Shown: in pieces, positions 59,573 through 64,000 of the stretch | Layout of the letters: the number at the start of each line of letters is the position of its first letter | How positions within the stretch are numbered: the first letter of the stretch is position 1 | From: a virus | Lineage: Duplodnaviria; Caudoviricetes | Virus record (IMG/VR): IMGVR_UViG_3300021514_000002 | Location: 64,001-128,000 of that record | Reading direction: 5' to 3' (one strand) | Length of the DNA: 64,000 bases | The notes under the pieces: model-generated | Databases searched by the model: none | The model's input: only the letters and a program-made list of their open reading frames with translations | Told to the model about the DNA's origin: nothing | Made by a program: the position numbers and the translations under genes

Positions 59573-59711
59573 GGACGGAGAAGCGGGGTAAATGCGGACA
59601 TGGAAACTAAGCTGACTTGGAATACCCGCCATAATTGTGCATGTCGCGGCCATTTGAGCGTACAATCTTAGGCAAGGTTAGCGATTGGGTTCGAATCCCA
59701 CCCGTCCACCA
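59573..59711 (+). ncRNA. Oversized tRNA-like RNA with canonical T loop and CCA
   Basis: GGACGG...TGGG-TTCGAAT-CCCA-C-CCGTCC-A-CCA; no standard anticodon arm. Confidence 0.75.
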
Positions 59712-59837
59712 TTTTAAATAGAGTGATGTATATGAATACAGATCAAACCATAATATTAGCAATCTTCTTATCATTTGTTCTTTTTGCAGGCAATCCTGAT
59801 TTAATGGACGTGTTTATACAATGGATAATAAAAAATC

Positions 59838-60227
59838 ATGATTAAACGAATCATTCCTGAACACGATCTTTTGGCATTAGAAAATGCAAGGGTTAAATTA
59901 TATAAATTGTTTCCTGATTTGGATCCTGCTACTATTATAGAATTACATAGCATAACTGCCCCAATGTGGAAAGTTGCCAACAAGAAATATCCTATAGTAA
60001 CGGATAGTGATTCTTCTGATAATGAAGAAAAAATTCGTACTTATGAAGCGTTTTTGCATAAATTGCAGATGTTTGTCCAAGTGACACTGGATAAGAAATC
60101 GGTTAGCAAATTAATATCAAATGCTTGTGATTGGAGTTATGCTCATCGTGTAGGCAATGGTCAATATTCAGACAGAGAACAACAAGCTATTATTGACAAA
60201 GTATTTAAGAAATTAACCGATACTTAA
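59838..60227 (+). CDS. Hypothetical protein
   Basis: Clean ORF. Confidence 0.65.
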   Translation: MIKRIIPEHDLLALENARVKLYKLFPDLDPATIIELHSITAPMWKVANKKYPIVTDSDSSDNEEKIRTYEAFLHKLQMFVQVTLDKKSVSKLISNACDWSYAHRVGNGQYSDREQQAIIDKVFKKLTDT

Positions 60228-60431
60228 CCATATGCCCATAACCAATCAAACTGCAGTAATTCAAGCACTTGCTAATATAAGATTAGAATCCCTTATAGTA
60301 TCAGACGATATATTAAGATTGATTGAAAAGGGGATGACTGATGCCGTTATTGATACTACATATATTTTAAATTATCTGCGCAGTTAATGGGCGATTATGT
60401 ATAAATAATCAATAACAATGAGGAATTGATT

Positions 60432-60674
60432 ATGAAAGTATCTGATATCTTAAAAGAAGCTGTTATTGATATTACTCCAGAGCTTAAACAACGACAAGAT
60501 GACCGCGAAGAACAGGCACGCGCTAAACGTTCTAAAGACCGTCTGGCCAAGCAGCAAGCCCGTAGAAAGGACAAAAAAGATCCAGATGAATTGGGTACGA
60601 AACGCCGTTCTAAACTAAGTCAGGTAGACCAGTTAAGGGATATTGCCAGACAACTTCGTAACCAAAATACTTAA
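60432..60674 (+). CDS. Basic late protein (possible head-internal)
   Basis: TATAAATA at 60400-60407; N-terminal KVSDILKEA; GAGG RBS. Confidence 0.65.
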   Translation: MKVSDILKEAVIDITPELKQRQDDREEQARAKRSKDRLAKQQARRKDKKDPDELGTKRRSKLSQVDQLRDIARQLRNQNT

Positions 60675-60878
60675 TCTACCACCATCATTGCATCTTCAAA
60701 ACTGTCCGTTTTGTCTTCTGGAAGCATAATATATTCTATTGATAATTGTTGTTTGCCAGTGCCGCAACTAAAATCCACAAAGGTCGCTGAACAGATAAAG
60801 CAGCTCTTATCATTAATAATATTACTAAGATGCTGTTTCATTTTTGTTTGATTTTCGGCAGTTGCATCGTTTGAATTT

Positions 60879-61334
60879 TTATTCGCCATTCTTCAAGCCC
60901 TTGATTTTATCAGATAAATCCTTTGAATATAGGTATACCCACTCGCTTTCATTTAATGGATGATTTGTCATTGCAATCCAATCGTCTTGCATCACTACCA
61001 GAACTGCTTCAATTGCCGCGTTCCATGCTTCGGGGGTTGTGGAGTTTGGCGCGCCACTGTATTTTGATTTCCACCATTCTTTAAATTTTAGTTCACTTTG
61101 GTCATCCAGTGGCTTGTCTATTAATATTTCTATCATCTTTCTTTTCCATTCTGTTTTTAATGGGCGTTCGTTTTCAAGGATATCATTACAAAAATTAGAT
61201 AATAAAACAAAACATTCACTTTGTTGTTCTGGTGGTTTGTATGTTGCATTTGTAATATGCCAATCAATATCATCCTGCCAATGTTCTGGAATAACTTCTT
61301 TAATTTGTCGTGCTACTTCTGCTGCATGTCTCAT
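60879..61334 (-). CDS. Hypothetical protein
   Basis: ORF in a minus-strand run. Confidence 0.6.
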   Translation of the reverse strand: MRHAAEVARQIKEVIPEHWQDDIDWHITNATYKPPEQQSECFVLLSNFCNDILENERPLKTEWKRKMIEILIDKPLDDQSELKFKEWWKSKYSGAPNSTTPEAWNAAIEAVLVVMQDDWIAMTNHPLNESEWVYLYSKDLSDKIKGLKNGE

Positions 61335-61394
61335 ATTTTATTCTCACTTATTTTATTGCGATAGTGTTATGAAAGTTTATAACAACGATTTTCA

Positions 61395-61853
61395 TTATTC
61401 GTCTTTCAATTCTGGGTTTTCATATATATTGCCAATAATTTCAAAATCAAAGTCAGGTATTAAACCACACCCAAAATTTATAAAGTTGAATATTGGAATA
61501 CCTTGTGGTTGTATTGCACTTCTATCTTGTGCTATACTAACATCAACATTTCTATAAACACACCACGATCCGTTAAAATTTCCCATTCTAACTTCACCCG
61601 TCCATGTTTCTGGAATTTCTTTATTATGTGATTTATTGAGCACTGTAATAATATCACCTGCATAGATTGGTGTCTCAACCTTGGTTTCTAATCCAGTGCA
61701 CAACATTAAAATAAATTCATCGCTTTCGCGCATGACATTATTAGCATAATCAAGAACATCAATACGACCATTTAAGTTAAGTTTATAACCATCCGCAAGT
61801 TGATAAATCATCATATTAAAACGTTTATCCCATGCCCTACATTTAATATTCAT
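61395..61853 (-). CDS. YopX family protein
   Basis: IKCRAWDK...CTGL...IYAGDI...EIIGNIYENPEL. Confidence 0.85.
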   Translation of the reverse strand: MNIKCRAWDKRFNMMIYQLADGYKLNLNGRIDVLDYANNVMRESDEFILMLCTGLETKVETPIYAGDIITVLNKSHNKEIPETWTGEVRMGNFNGSWCVYRNVDVSIAQDRSAIQPQGIPIFNFINFGCGLIPDFDFEIIGNIYENPELKDE

Positions 61854-62220
61854 TTTTTAATCTTCTATTACTTGAATACATCTAATTTGACCTGGTGGTA
61901 TCCATACTCTACCATCGGAACCATTGGTAAATTTAAGACCAAAATTCACCCAAAATCCATCTTTTAAATCCTCAAAATTATCAGCAGTATAATCATCAAT
62001 AGGCAAAATATTAGGGTTAATAGACGCTTTGTAATGCTTGCTCATTCTTCTTTCTCCATTAAATCATAAGGGCAACCGTTTTGCATACAAACATTTTTGT
62101 CCTTTAAAGACCTATCACCACAATGGGCACATCTAACCCCCTCCACTTTATTTAAAGCCCATGTCGCATCTTCATAAGGTTCTTCTTTTTCGTGGTGTGT
62201 ATCTTGTTCGGGATATTCGC

Positions 62221-62634
62221 TCATGTTTTACTCTTTATTGGGACATCATAGGTGTGTGGATATAAATAATTTCGATTTTCGGGAGGATATCCTGTGGTCA
62301 TATGGATAGAATTATCTGTAACATTCTTATCTCTTTTTTGTAAGGCGTTAATTTCACACTCGTATCTTCTTAGCCGAACTTCCGCATAATTAATCAATGT
62401 TAATAAATCGGTTTCATCATCAAATTCCGTTAAGGTTTTTATTAAACGAAGCTTTGCCGCATTTAAGTTTGGCAATAATATTTCACTAACATTACTCACC
62501 GTTTTATATGTCTCAATAAGACTATCCCGTTTTTTGATTTCGTTTAATAAAATAGAAATCAATGATGTTTCTTGGTTCCAATCAGCTACGTCTATGCTTT
62601 CTAGATATTTCGCAGCTTCATCTATTACGCTCAT
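62221..62634 (-). CDS. Hypothetical protein
   Basis: ORF in a coupled minus-strand run. Confidence 0.6.
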   Translation of the reverse strand: MSVIDEAAKYLESIDVADWNQETSLISILLNEIKKRDSLIETYKTVSNVSEILLPNLNAAKLRLIKTLTEFDDETDLLTLINYAEVRLRRYECEINALQKRDKNVTDNSIHMTTGYPPENRNYLYPHTYDVPIKSKT

Positions 62635-63594
62635 ATATCACCTTTTCTTGTAGATCTTCAATAGTCGCGTCGGAAAACCCAGTTTCCCACCCTTTACCAA
62701 AAATAAAAAATTTACGTTCAACCTGAAGCACTAATACCGGCGTTTTACAAAATCTATTTTCGATTCTATATTGCGTCTTACCTGTTAATATAGATTTCAT
62801 CCTATTGGTTTCCCAAAAAACGGCTGTTCCTCAATTTGATGAACAATACGATCATGTTTAACTTTAGCATCAAACACATGACCGCAACAATTACCAATAG
62901 TTCTCTCGCCTATGCCGTAATACGGTGTTTTTGCTTCTTTCCCACATTCGTCACAATAGACTCTGGTTACTGGTTCTGGTTGTGTTACTCGCATATATCA
63001 CCTTCGTTTGATATTTTCTTAAATTTCGTTGTTACGTTTTTTCTACTTCCTGAATAGTAATAACTCGACTGTCATATACATACTTTTCCACTGATTCGCC
63101 GTCTTGTAATGTTGTTACTTCTGTATCGGCATTGTCTTCGGTAATTACAATCTTTACCTCGTTGTTGTTGGCACAACAGGCGTCAATCGTTACACTGGTT
63201 GTCATCTTCTGATTCCTTTAAAGGTTGGTTAATATTTAGAATGATACTTCTGTTCGTTTTGTTTCCCATGTCACCATGTCACCATCTGTTTTAGAGATGG
63301 TACCATTGTCTGATTCATTATTGATTAATGATCCAACTTCTTCAATTAAGGCAGGGGTACAGGACAAGTCCAGAACTTCAATTGTAATGGTTACTACTGT
63401 TTTTGTGGCTTTCATACTATTCTCACGTATTAGGTTTATTAATTAAACAGGTTAACATAACGCCCCTGATTTGTCAATATTACTGCCGAGAGTTTTTCGG
63501 TTTACGTGGATGCTTTCGTCGAATTCCATGATAAATATCCACGCAGATACGCAGGCCAGCCAAGCCAACCAATAACATGATAATATAAGGCCAC

Positions 63595-63915
63595 TTATCG
63601 ACCATACTTTTCTTCAATTGCGTTTTTTACTGCATCACGAAGTGTATTGCCTTCGCCTTCTATATAATAATTTCCAGTTGGATCATCTGTCATTAATATG
63701 TAGACAATGCATGTTTTTTCTTCTTTATCGCGTTCAACTTCCATATTAAAATGGTCAAATACTTCCAATAAAGTATCGGCATTGTCTAATGTGAAGTCTG
63801 TGTATACCCAGTTACCACCATTAGGTCTAGTTCCAATTTGAAATACGCCATCTTTCCAATGGTAGATCATATATCCCATGTCTTCTGCAAGATATTTAAG
63901 ATATCTATCGTTCAT
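63595..63915 (-). CDS. Hypothetical protein
   Basis: Clean ORF near the window end. Confidence 0.6.
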   Translation of the reverse strand: MNDRYLKYLAEDMGYMIYHWKDGVFQIGTRPNGGNWVYTDFTLDNADTLLEVFDHFNMEVERDKEEKTCIVYILMTDDPTGNYYIEGEGNTLRDAVKNAIEEKYGR

Positions 63916-64000
63916 AATTGATTGGCCAATAGCGCAGTATCTTCTTCTTTGGATTCAAGACCAAGGGATTCGCTTTCACCATAACAATTTCCCGCTGCAT

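Noticed and set aside
59573-59711. tmRNA or intron-containing tRNA
   Set aside because: No G3-U70 and no tag ORF. It is too short for a group I intron, and I could not reconstruct a D-arm plus anticodon arm by removing an insert.

Overview
This window is an AT-rich, gene-dense segment of a large tailed-phage (jumbo, probably T4-superfamily-like) genome. It has sigma70-type early promoters (TTGACA-N17-TATAAT-like) and scattered T4-type late promoters (TATAAATA). No core morphogenesis genes are present except a prohead-protease-like ORF. It is an accessory and host-takeover region. It contains (1) 11 tRNA genes (Thr x2, Lys x3, Val, Asn x2, Ala x2, Ile), with an RNA-ligase-family gene at the head of the main cluster and a CCA-adding enzyme, a Mesh1-like HD hydrolase and a YqeY protein nearby; (2) an NAD/nucleotide block (NadV, NadM-Nudix, NadK, NadA, NADAR, macrodomain, CoaD-like, PurA-like, NAD-dependent ligase); (3) a membrane module (GluR0-like K+ channel, TAXI fusion, YjfK-like, PspA-like, SPFH); and (4) GroEL, a split RpoH-like sigma factor, two DNA methyltransferases, four homing-endonuclease-like genes and many small hypothetical ORFs. 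The strongest candidate for an undescribed system is a leader-peptide attenuator (8723-8824). Its 18 consecutive control codons use exactly the six amino acids served by the downstream phage tRNAs, and it gates the RNA ligase + tRNA operon, suggesting a sensor of host tRNA depletion. Other highlights are three tRNAs with non-canonical long variable arms (Lys-UUU, Thr-UGU, Asn-GUU), two oversized CCA-ending tRNA-like RNAs sharing one acceptor stem, a 5' UTR RNA motif repeated before four NAD/nucleotide operons, and a tandem RNA motif upstream of a large TerD-domain protein. All protein assignments come from motif recognition by eye and all RNA folds were worked out by hand; no database search or folding program was run.
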